Sequence record: PP496438.1
Length of the DNA: 64,000 nt
Reading direction: 5' to 3' (one strand)
Part shown: positions 56,842 through 64,000 of the stretch, one piece after another
How positions within the stretch are numbered: position 1 is the first letter of the stretch
Layout: every line of letters begins with the position of its first letter
The notes under the pieces: model-generated
Told to the model about the DNA's origin: nothing
Database searches by the model: none
The model's input: the letters and a program-made list of their open reading frames with translations, nothing else
Position numbers and translations under genes: made by a program

Positions 56842-57267
56842 ATGGCAAAAGGTAAAACCCCGCTGTATCTGAGCTACATTGACACCATCAATGGTCTGCT
56901 CAACTCCATCAAGTTCTCCGCTGAACTGCCGGTGCACAAGAAGTCCATCGACCGCTCGGGCCGTAACGTCGAGTGGTTGCGCAAGGGGATCAAGCGTGGT
57001 AAGCTGACCATTCCCGGCGTCGATATCGGCAACGAGTTCTGGAAGCTGGCCCAATTGCTGGAGGTGGAAGCACCAAGCGTTGAATTGTCTAGTAAGGTAG
57101 AGATGATTAATGTCAAGCCCGGCGAGACGGTTACCCTGAACGTTCAAGGTAGTACTCCTGCGCATAAGCGTCAGATCAGCAAGAACCGTCACTTCGCCGA
57201 GAACTACGGCACCAACGCAGACGTGACGGCCAGCACCAAGACGCTCGACAAGTATGAAACCCGCTAA
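56842..57267 (+). CDS. hypothetical protein
   Basis: 141 aa, biased codons. Confidence 0.7.
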   Translation: MAKGKTPLYLSYIDTINGLLNSIKFSAELPVHKKSIDRSGRNVEWLRKGIKRGKLTIPGVDIGNEFWKLAQLLEVEAPSVELSSKVEMINVKPGETVTLNVQGSTPAHKRQISKNRHFAENYGTNADVTASTKTLDKYETR

Positions 57268-57745
57268 TCTCAAAGCTCTCGGGATCGACACCAAACCCGG
57301 AGCGATGAACATTCCAGATGGAAGGTGCTGGGTGTGCCCGGCGGTAGCGGGGCTGGAAGACCATCACATCATCCCGCGACACTGTGGGGGTGAAGGTGGG
57401 CCACAAGTCAGACTGTGCGGCGTGTGCCATACGTCGATCCACAATCTGGCCAACAACAAGAAAGTGCTGGCGCAAGAGATTGAACCGCTGGAGATCCATG
57501 AGTACAACAAGGCTTGGTCCGACGCACTGATGCTGCGCAAAGGTCATGCACTGGCGTATGTCATCGCGAAGTCCAACAAGGTGACGAAGGGGGACGCCAA
57601 CAGGAAGGTTAAGTTCGCCACCACGTTTGACGGACTCACCAGCAGGCAGTTGAAGCAACTCAAGAAGAGCATGGGCTGCACAAGCCTTGACCAAACAATA
57701 GTGACGTTGATAAAACAGGCCCACGGGCGACTGTTTAGGGGATAG
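57254..57745 (+). CDS. HNH endonuclease-domain protein
   Basis: CWVC...EDHHIIPRHCGG...LCGVCHTSIH. Confidence 0.8.
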   Translation: MKPANLKALGIDTKPGAMNIPDGRCWVCPAVAGLEDHHIIPRHCGGEGGPQVRLCGVCHTSIHNLANNKKVLAQEIEPLEIHEYNKAWSDALMLRKGHALAYVIAKSNKVTKGDANRKVKFATTFDGLTSRQLKQLKKSMGCTSLDQTIVTLIKQAHGRLFRG

Positions 57746-57747
57746 AG

Positions 57748-58671
57748 ATGACCAAAAGTACTTCAGCTAACCAGAAGCAATTGAAAGACGTAGTTAGCTC
57801 ACCGAAGCCATTCAATACAAAGCTAGAGCTGTATGTAGAAGATCATTTGTATTTCGATACGAAGAAGCCGTCGATCAAGGCGTCTTTCTCCGAGCTGGGG
57901 TTACAGCCGTTCGCCAAGGCACCGTCCAAAGGGTTCATCCCTAATCTGTCCAAGCTGGCCCGCTCCACCAACGGACCCGAACTGTTCCAGCATCTGGGCT
58001 CCCTCACCCAGAACCTAGATGCCAGCCAACTACGGCTGCTGTCCGTGGTGTTCAACAACATGGCGAAGATGGAAGCCCATGGCTTGAATTTCGGCCAGAA
58101 GGTTTACGTCAACGTCTCAAGCCCGCGCATCGAGTTCGTCGAGTGCTACGTCGAGGCCATCGTGATCGGCGTCGAGTCGGAACATCCAGAGTCCCCGGTG
58201 TTCCTGAGCGTAGCCTTCGAGAAGATGGCGGCAGATGCTCCGATGTGTTGGTCAATGCCCACCAGTTCTTTCCTGACCGAACGCCAGTTCCGGCTGCTGC
58301 GTAAGAGGCTGCGTGCGGAAGGCAAGACCAGTGTACCGGACAAGATTCGCAAGGAACACTTGTGCTGGGAACGCGAGAACTTCGGTAAGCCGTCGAACCG
58401 GTTGTCCGTTGACGAGACTGTTCAAACCATCGACACCGTCTCGGAGGACTGGCTCAACAGCAACGTCCTCTCCCTGCTTGATCCGTATGTGGATCCGACA
58501 GCACTGGAAGAGACCGAAGTGGCCGATGTCGAAGTGGTTGAAGAGAAGAAGACGCGAACCCGTGGTCCACGGAATCGTCGTGCAGAAGATAAGCAGACGC
58601 TTAGCCAAACTAAGGTCAAGTCGTCTGGTTCAGTGAAGATGAGCAACAACAGCATCTCCATCGTTCACTGA
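57748..58671 (+). CDS. hypothetical protein
   Basis: 307 aa, in operon. Confidence 0.7.
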   Translation: MTKSTSANQKQLKDVVSSPKPFNTKLELYVEDHLYFDTKKPSIKASFSELGLQPFAKAPSKGFIPNLSKLARSTNGPELFQHLGSLTQNLDASQLRLLSVVFNNMAKMEAHGLNFGQKVYVNVSSPRIEFVECYVEAIVIGVESEHPESPVFLSVAFEKMAADAPMCWSMPTSSFLTERQFRLLRKRLRAEGKTSVPDKIRKEHLCWERENFGKPSNRLSVDETVQTIDTVSEDWLNSNVLSLLDPYVDPTALEETEVADVEVVEEKKTRTRGPRNRRAEDKQTLSQTKVKSSGSVKMSNNSISIVH

Positions 58672-58735
58672 TACCGATCCGCTGTATACCTTAAGTTGCT
58701 TATACCTTCAATACAACGAACCGAGATTCTGATAC

Positions 58736-59815
58736 ATGAAGATTACAAATGTGCATTCCACCCTACTCAATCTTGGAGTTAACCGATCACTGCTGGAGCA
58801 AGCAGTTCAGGTTACATTGAGTGCGTTGATGCGACTGATCTCAGTTGACGCATACTGTAAGAAGATGAAGAAAGACTTCGGCATCGTGATGAACACTCAA
58901 GTGTTCAACGACACCTTCGACAACGGCTACTATCTGAAACATGTCAAGCTTTATCTGGCGTGGTGTGTCGGCAAGAAGCTGACGGACAGCATCGACATCC
59001 GCCGGGCAGGTCGCCAGTTCGAACTAGATGCCAAAGATCGTCAGCTGGTCAACCTGATGAAACCCGCCGACCGCAAGATGGTACTGAGCAAGATCAATCC
59101 GGAAGTCGAACTGTACGCGTCACCCAAGGTGATGGACATCAAGATTGGTGCCGCCATCGACTCGCTGACAGACCACATCGGCAAGTTCACCAACAAGAAG
59201 TTGACCTTCACCACGAAGGGCACTGGCCGGGACAAGGATGACGTGCACAGTGATCTTCGTATCGCCGCGTTGCGTGCCGCCTACAAGACCTACCCGTTCC
59301 AGCTGTGTGACTTGCATCTCATCAACTCGATGAAGTCTGCCATCCACAACGTCGGCATCAACCTGATCCAGTCCGCCACGACCAAGAGTCGTCAAGTGAT
59401 GGTCAAGGAAGATGATGAGTTCATCATGCTGCGCGAGAACTTCGACTTCTACGGCAGCCATAACGACGTGGCGTCGGTCGTGAGCAGTTGCGGGCTGGAC
59501 GGGGGCGCCGCTATGGGCTCAGGCGGGTGTTCCACCACTGACAGCATTACGTATCAGCAGTTGGTGTCCCAAGTCAAAGGCCGGGCAGCACAGTTCCTCG
59601 TAATGCTGGCCGGTCACTACTCGGAAAGGTTCTCCGCGTACTTGCGACAGATCGGCATCAACAAAGACAATGATGAATGGTCCCAAGCAGTTCTCACCGG
59701 TCGGCGCACGTCCATCCAGCGCTACTGTGAGATCATCGCAGACTATTGCAAAGTCCCCCACGAGATTGCCAACAAACTGCTAGCAGGTTATCGCCAGCAG
59801 ATGGCTGTAATGTAA
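58736..59815 (+). CDS. putative phage-encoded sigma factor
   Basis: Region-2-like DDVHSDLRIAALRAAYK...KSAIHNVGINLIQ...KSR; region-4-like ITYQQLV...RAAQFL...EIIADYCKVPHEIANKLL. Confidence 0.5.
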   Translation: MKITNVHSTLLNLGVNRSLLEQAVQVTLSALMRLISVDAYCKKMKKDFGIVMNTQVFNDTFDNGYYLKHVKLYLAWCVGKKLTDSIDIRRAGRQFELDAKDRQLVNLMKPADRKMVLSKINPEVELYASPKVMDIKIGAAIDSLTDHIGKFTNKKLTFTTKGTGRDKDDVHSDLRIAALRAAYKTYPFQLCDLHLINSMKSAIHNVGINLIQSATTKSRQVMVKEDDEFIMLRENFDFYGSHNDVASVVSSCGLDGGAAMGSGGCSTTDSITYQQLVSQVKGRAAQFLVMLAGHYSERFSAYLRQIGINKDNDEWSQAVLTGRRTSIQRYCEIIADYCKVPHEIANKLLAGYRQQMAVM

Positions 59816-59826
59816 GGAGAGCTGTC

Positions 59827-60042
59827 ATGCCCCGTATCGTATTGCACCCCTCTGCAAGTAGTTGGTTCAACGGTCTGAAGTTCGCTGAGCGTCTGTATAT
59901 CAGCGATGGATATACGCTCGATCAGATCGAGCACCACCTTGCCACAGAGAGAAATATCATCCTGCGGGATGCAGAGTACCTACGGGGCGTTGATGACTAT
60001 CTGGGATACGCCCGTGAAAATCTCCGGGCTGTCCATCACTAA
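59827..60042 (+). CDS. small hypothetical protein (71 aa)
   Basis: AAGGAG RBS before ATG 59827. Confidence 0.65.
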   Translation: MPRIVLHPSASSWFNGLKFAERLYISDGYTLDQIEHHLATERNIILRDAEYLRGVDDYLGYARENLRAVHH

Positions 60043-60059
60043 TCAAAGAGGAAACGACC

Positions 60060-60197
60060 ATGCGTCGAGCCCAACGTACATCTCAAGGCTTCAAGAACGG
60101 TTCCCACAATCGCAAGATGAAGGACCACCGCAAACAACTCAACCAACCTCAAACCGAAGTACCGAAGGTTTGGGAAGCACTGGCGGAACTGGCATGA
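60060..60197 (+). CDS. small basic protein (45 aa; below the track cutoff)
   Basis: MRRAQRTSQGFKNGSHNRKMKDHRKQ...; GAGGA RBS; ATGA overlap with the kinase. Confidence 0.6.
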   Translation: MRRAQRTSQGFKNGSHNRKMKDHRKQLNQPQTEVPKVWEALAELA

Positions 60198-60883
60198 AAG
60201 ACTACACACTGATCGTAATCTCCGGCACGCATCGCACCGGCAAGACCACCATGATGCAGGAGTTCGTCAAACAGAACCCTGAGTTCCAGATACTGCCGTT
60301 CACTGTGACCAAAGTCTGGCACGACGTGTTTGGCGACCGCCCGTACACCATGGATCTTCACCCAGCAGACCGAGTGTTGTTCCAGTACGGGGTGCTCAAT
60401 GCGTGGCATAAGTGTGTAGCAGAACATGTCTTACGCAATGGCAAGTGGGTTGTTGACCGAGGCCCCCTCGACTTCGCCACGTATATGCGCCTTGGACTGA
60501 TCGACTGCATGGATCACGAAGTAAACCTGCAAGCAGAGCATTTCGTGCTCAACTGCATCCAGGCCACGGCGGGGCTTGTCAGTTACGAAATCTTGGTCAG
60601 TCCTGTGCTGCACCGGATCAACGGGGATATGGTAGAGGATGACGTCACGAAGCTCACCGGCAAGGTGGGGTTGATGAACCAGACGGTGTTCCATTCCATC
60701 CTGCGCGACGTGGCCCAAGACACCATCCGGTCCAGCATCTGCAGCGGGTACTCGGTCGGGCAACTGATCAATCTGCAGGAGTTGCCTACCGAGATCATTC
60801 ATCTTGGGGATCGTGTCAATTGGCTGCGGGAGGTGATCGATGCCAAACAAAAAGGAAAGGCCCGCCTACAGCCAACCCGCTAA
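60194..60883 (+). CDS. P-loop nucleotide kinase (dNMP/thymidylate kinase-like)
   Basis: ISGTHRTGKTT and VVDRGPLD; start corrected to ATG 60194. Confidence 0.75.
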   Translation: MKDYTLIVISGTHRTGKTTMMQEFVKQNPEFQILPFTVTKVWHDVFGDRPYTMDLHPADRVLFQYGVLNAWHKCVAEHVLRNGKWVVDRGPLDFATYMRLGLIDCMDHEVNLQAEHFVLNCIQATAGLVSYEILVSPVLHRINGDMVEDDVTKLTGKVGLMNQTVFHSILRDVAQDTIRSSICSGYSVGQLINLQELPTEIIHLGDRVNWLREVIDAKQKGKARLQPTR

Positions 60884-62372
60884 GGCGTTCTCCGTCGGCG
60901 TACGGTTACTGGGGCGCCTGTGGTGGGAGCCTGCCAGCGGCAAGCATCGGCGGTTCGCCACAGTCAATCTGCCCCACGCCGCGCTCACGCTGTACATGGC
61001 AGATAGTGCGGGTGGTACGCAACTGAGTGTGACCACTCGTCTGAGCCGCCGCACATCCAAGAAAGATAAGAAGCCCAAGTCCGCATACATAAATCTTGGC
61101 CATTATCTAGACTACCAACATGCCAGCAAGGCAGCGCTCGGGAAGCTCAAAGAGTTTCTCGACAATAATCCGGAGCACTGTGTCATGCCTGAAGTCAACA
61201 CCGCAACAAAGCTGGACATCACGCTGGATCAGATGAAGTCGTTACTCGACGCTGCCGGGGTTAAAGAACATACTGCTGACACCTTGTGCCGCGTGTTCAT
61301 GCCGGTCCCAATCAAAGGTGATCCTACCGATGGTCAGTCCAAACTCTCCATTGCGCTGGCAAAGCTGACCGACGACATCGACGCGATCTCCGGGATGTTC
61401 GACGCGGCAGAAGGTTTTACCGCCATGGACTTCTGTCAGGCGGACGTGGCCTTCCAGAAGTTAATGCGACTGATCAACATCAAACCCCATGACCTGGACT
61501 CGGGTGGCGAAGAGATCAGCAAGTCGATCAATCGTTTGGTCACCAGCATGTGGCGGTTCAAGATTGATCCGGCACCCTATCTGCTGGAACTGGGTTTGGA
61601 CCCAGATCAGTCCACTGTGCTTGCCATGGAGAAGAAGCTGGTGGAAGTGTACGATGTTGAACCTGAGTTCATGCAGATGATGGAGTCCCAGTTGTCTAAG
61701 GCAGACATAGTTCGGGCTAACCAGCTTCGGTGGGGTTCAACAGACCTGAAACGTTACTTGCGAGACAACGGGTTACATATCCGTATGATCTTTAGCGACC
61801 CCGACAAAACCCCCTACGTAAAACGGTCCGTGTTCGTGTGCGATCTTGATGTCGTCAGCGTGGACGCGTTGGTAGATTCAGGTATTCTTTCGGCTAGTAC
61901 CACTGAGCCTGATCTCATGTACCGAGCTTTCAACAGTCAGACGTGGAACCGTAAGCAAGCTCGTTACCTAGTAATCCAGAAAGAGACGTGGGATTTCCTT
62001 GATGCCAAAGGGTTAGAGTCCTTGGAAATTGAGGTAGCAGGATTACAACCGCATGTACTGGAAGGGTATGTTACACCGGAAAATGGAGAGTGGCCGGAAG
62101 ATGTTGCCAACTATTTGGTAGACCTGGGATTCCGGAAACACGGGCATGCAGGTAGTGAATGTTACGTCATGCGACAACCATCTGGGATTAGCAAGAACGA
62201 TTTCATTCGTAATCTGATCGACGCCCGTATACTTCGGGTCGACGGTACAGGGCACTATGCCAAAGTACGAGCCTTCACCGACGGTTTCAAGTCGAAGATT
62301 TACAAGTCCGACATCGATGAGTATCTGATCCTCCACGTTGACAACTGGCAGACGTCGTCCACGGCGCGCTGA
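60840..62372 (+). CDS. hypothetical protein
   Basis: 510-aa ORF followed by a terminator. Confidence 0.7.
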   Translation: MPNKKERPAYSQPAKAFSVGVRLLGRLWWEPASGKHRRFATVNLPHAALTLYMADSAGGTQLSVTTRLSRRTSKKDKKPKSAYINLGHYLDYQHASKAALGKLKEFLDNNPEHCVMPEVNTATKLDITLDQMKSLLDAAGVKEHTADTLCRVFMPVPIKGDPTDGQSKLSIALAKLTDDIDAISGMFDAAEGFTAMDFCQADVAFQKLMRLINIKPHDLDSGGEEISKSINRLVTSMWRFKIDPAPYLLELGLDPDQSTVLAMEKKLVEVYDVEPEFMQMMESQLSKADIVRANQLRWGSTDLKRYLRDNGLHIRMIFSDPDKTPYVKRSVFVCDLDVVSVDALVDSGILSASTTEPDLMYRAFNSQTWNRKQARYLVIQKETWDFLDAKGLESLEIEVAGLQPHVLEGYVTPENGEWPEDVANYLVDLGFRKHGHAGSECYVMRQPSGISKNDFIRNLIDARILRVDGTGHYAKVRAFTDGFKSKIYKSDIDEYLILHVDNWQTSSTAR

Positions 62373-62385
62373 CCGAGTGACCAAG

Positions 62386-62416
62386 AGCCCTGTGCCAGTA
62401 CGGACGGGGCTTTTTT
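62386..62416 (+). terminator. intrinsic terminator
   Basis: AGCCCTGT...ACGGGGC-TTTTTT. Confidence 0.75.
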
Positions 62417-62433
62417 GCATCTGAAAATAAATG

Positions 62434-62463
62434 TTGCACGCCGTAATGCCCATGTGCTATACT
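62434..62463 (+). promoter_or_regulatory. sigma70-type promoter with UP element
   Basis: AAAATAAAT, then TTGCAC-18 nt-TATACT with extended TG. Confidence 0.65.
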
Positions 62464-62508
62464 GGAATCACGGGAACTCCCCGCTACTATCCCACTGAGG
62501 AAAACGCC

Positions 62509-62772
62509 ATGACTACTACCCAGATGAAAGCCCCAGCCCGCCCGGTCCAGTATCAGGTCGCTGTCGCCATTTTCATTACGTGCACCGCAATCTCCGTCGT
62601 GATCGGTTTGCACCACTTGTTCTGGATGATGGTGTTCGGCTTCACCCCGGCAGGTGTGGTTGACTTTTCTTCACCGATCATCTTCGGCCATGCCAACGTC
62701 ACCGCCCCACTCCTGATCGTCACGGCTCTGGTTGCCGTGTTCACTTGGCAGCTCGTTGACGTGGAGGCTTGA
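62509..62772 (+). CDS. membrane protein (87 aa)
   Basis: GAGGA RBS; two to three hydrophobic segments. Confidence 0.7.
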   Translation: MTTTQMKAPARPVQYQVAVAIFITCTAISVVIGLHHLFWMMVFGFTPAGVVDFSSPIIFGHANVTAPLLIVTALVAVFTWQLVDVEA

Positions 62773-62774
62773 TC

Positions 62775-63116
62775 ATGGGCCATCGTAGCAAGTTCCCATC
62801 GCTGGACAAGCAGGCACGTGAACTGGAAGCCATGCGCAAGTATCTGGGCTTGGGTACATCGGTCGTCACCCCGCTGGTAGAACAGAATCTGGTTCCGGTC
62901 ACCACCGTCAAGCGGGCAGGTTGGAACGTGAGCATGTGGATCATGCCGAAAGATGGATACGTCCCCGAGTTTCTGGAAGTGTTCATTACCCTCATGGACA
63001 GACAGCTCGCTTGGGACTCGGCGATTCAGTCGATCCCTAAGACCCACAAGCTACACTTCGTCGTTGACTGCATCTACGTTTACGAAGTCAGAGAATGGCA
63101 CCCGGAGAACAACTGA
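62775..63116 (+). CDS. hypothetical protein
   Basis: GGAGG RBS before ATG 62775. Confidence 0.7.
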   Translation: MGHRSKFPSLDKQARELEAMRKYLGLGTSVVTPLVEQNLVPVTTVKRAGWNVSMWIMPKDGYVPEFLEVFITLMDRQLAWDSAIQSIPKTHKLHFVVDCIYVYEVREWHPENN

Positions 63117-63373
63117 TGAATGCCCAAGAAAGAGCTGCACCTAAGTTCGTGATCAAGAAAGACGGCAAGTATCACGCCGGTTCTTCTTACGCCACGGGGT
63201 ACGGGTATCGCAACAGCTGGAGCAAGACGATCGAGGGTGCACGAATCTTCGTCCCGGCGAACTCCCGTGTTAACAGTGACGCAGGTGCGCTTGAGAACAT
63301 CGCCGCCCGGCTGAAAGGCAAGATCATTCAAGTTACCCTCAATGCAGCTAACCGATACGTAGAGGTCCTCTAA
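63116..63373 (+). CDS. hypothetical protein
   Basis: TGATG coupling; 85 aa. Confidence 0.65.
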   Translation: MNAQERAAPKFVIKKDGKYHAGSSYATGYGYRNSWSKTIEGARIFVPANSRVNSDAGALENIAARLKGKIIQVTLNAANRYVEVL

Positions 63374-63374
63374 C

Positions 63375-63803
63375 ATGCAACTGACCAATCAGCAACTGAC
63401 TGCCCGTGAAAAAGATTACTGTGTGAACCGCTTGAAAGGTTACCGTAACGAGATCAAGACGCTGCGCAACTGGGAGCATCGGGATAAGGTGAAGCGGCCG
63501 CATCGTGTCCCTAGTCTTCGTGCACAGCGCGTCAATGACATCCGCCGGGCGGTGTTCTACCGAGGCATCCTGCGCGGCACCGTTGAACTGCCGCTTGCCA
63601 ATCTGGGCCACAACCGATTCATCACGCCCGCCGTGCCACTCGGCTACACCATCACCCAGACCAGAGACGGAGTGTGGGGTTGGGAGTCAGCCACCGCCCC
63701 CGAGTCGCATCGCAAGTCAGGCTTCGACATGTATCTAGTGGCGCTGATGGATTGCGTCCGGGCACAAGGCCCGACGTACGCTGCTGCCGCTGTATCGTAC
63801 TAA
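63375..63803 (+). CDS. hypothetical protein
   Basis: 142 aa, GAGG RBS. Confidence 0.7.
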   Translation: MQLTNQQLTAREKDYCVNRLKGYRNEIKTLRNWEHRDKVKRPHRVPSLRAQRVNDIRRAVFYRGILRGTVELPLANLGHNRFITPAVPLGYTITQTRDGVWGWESATAPESHRKSGFDMYLVALMDCVRAQGPTYAAAAVSY

Positions 63804-63808
63804 CAGAC

Positions 63809-63839
63809 AGCCCATGTGGTTTCGGCCCATGGGCTTTTT
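63809..63839 (+). terminator. intrinsic terminator
   Basis: AGCCCATG...CATGGGCTTTTT. Confidence 0.8.
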
Positions 63840-63881
63840 CCTCTTTGTAAATAGTCCGCACAACTCAACGAGGTACCTGCT

Positions 63882-64000
63882 ATGAAATTTCCAACGACTA
63901 ACGATGTAGTCGAGATGATGACCAACTCTGAATGGTATGTGATGACTATCGGATGGGTACTCGTATTCTGGATGTTTTGGATGGTCTCGTGGATCCTCTG
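63882..64000 (+). CDS. membrane protein, partial (runs off the right edge)
   Basis: MKFPTTNDVVEMMTNSEWYVMTIGWVLVFWMFWMVSWIL; GAGG RBS; TGTAAATA motif upstream. Confidence 0.6.
   Translation, partial: MKFPTTNDVVEMMTNSEWYVMTIGWVLVFWMFWMVSWIL

Noticed and set aside
59906-60193. N-terminal extension of the kinase ORF
   Set aside because: It overlaps two small genes that have good RBSs; the kinase starts at 60194.
1-64000. tRNA, rRNA, CRISPR array, integrase, IS element, intron or intein
   Set aside because: I saw no cloverleaf/T-loop in intergenic DNA, no regularly spaced repeats and no recombinase, transposase or intein motifs; the search was by eye only.

Overview
This window looks like a ~64 kb internal segment of a large lytic, contractile-tailed (myovirus-type) jumbo phage genome. 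Its major capsid protein resembles, from memory and unverified, the RSL1/PaBG/Lu11-like group. Left to right: (i) the N-terminal part of an NAD-dependent DNA ligase, an HExxH protein and an Acb1-like 2H phosphoesterase; (ii) two minus-strand virion modules (putative neck/head proteins; tail tube, a sheath with four inserted repeat domains, major capsid protein, putative decoration and scaffold proteins), separated by a RuvC-like operon; (iii) a 928-aa protein with a PolA/TV-Pol-like palm beside an ~800-bp skewed non-coding region (candidate origin); (iv) small accessory genes plus RNase H and a UvrD-like helicase; (v) an ~13.5 kb co-directional enzyme cluster: a degenerate LigA-like protein, two QueC-like enzymes, four GNAT/Fem-like transferases, a PurD-like ATP-grasp ligase, two SAM methyltransferases and a lysine 2,3-aminomutase. 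This cluster is the best candidate for an undescribed system, either a hypermodification or a small-molecule/peptide pathway. (vi) type II topoisomerase subunits, J-domain, HAD and HNH proteins, a sigma-factor-like protein and a nucleotide kinase. A recurrent KGTAAATG motif sits upstream of many operons and is a candidate phage promoter. I saw no tRNA, rRNA, CRISPR array or integrase. All family calls come from motif recognition by eye; no database searches were run.
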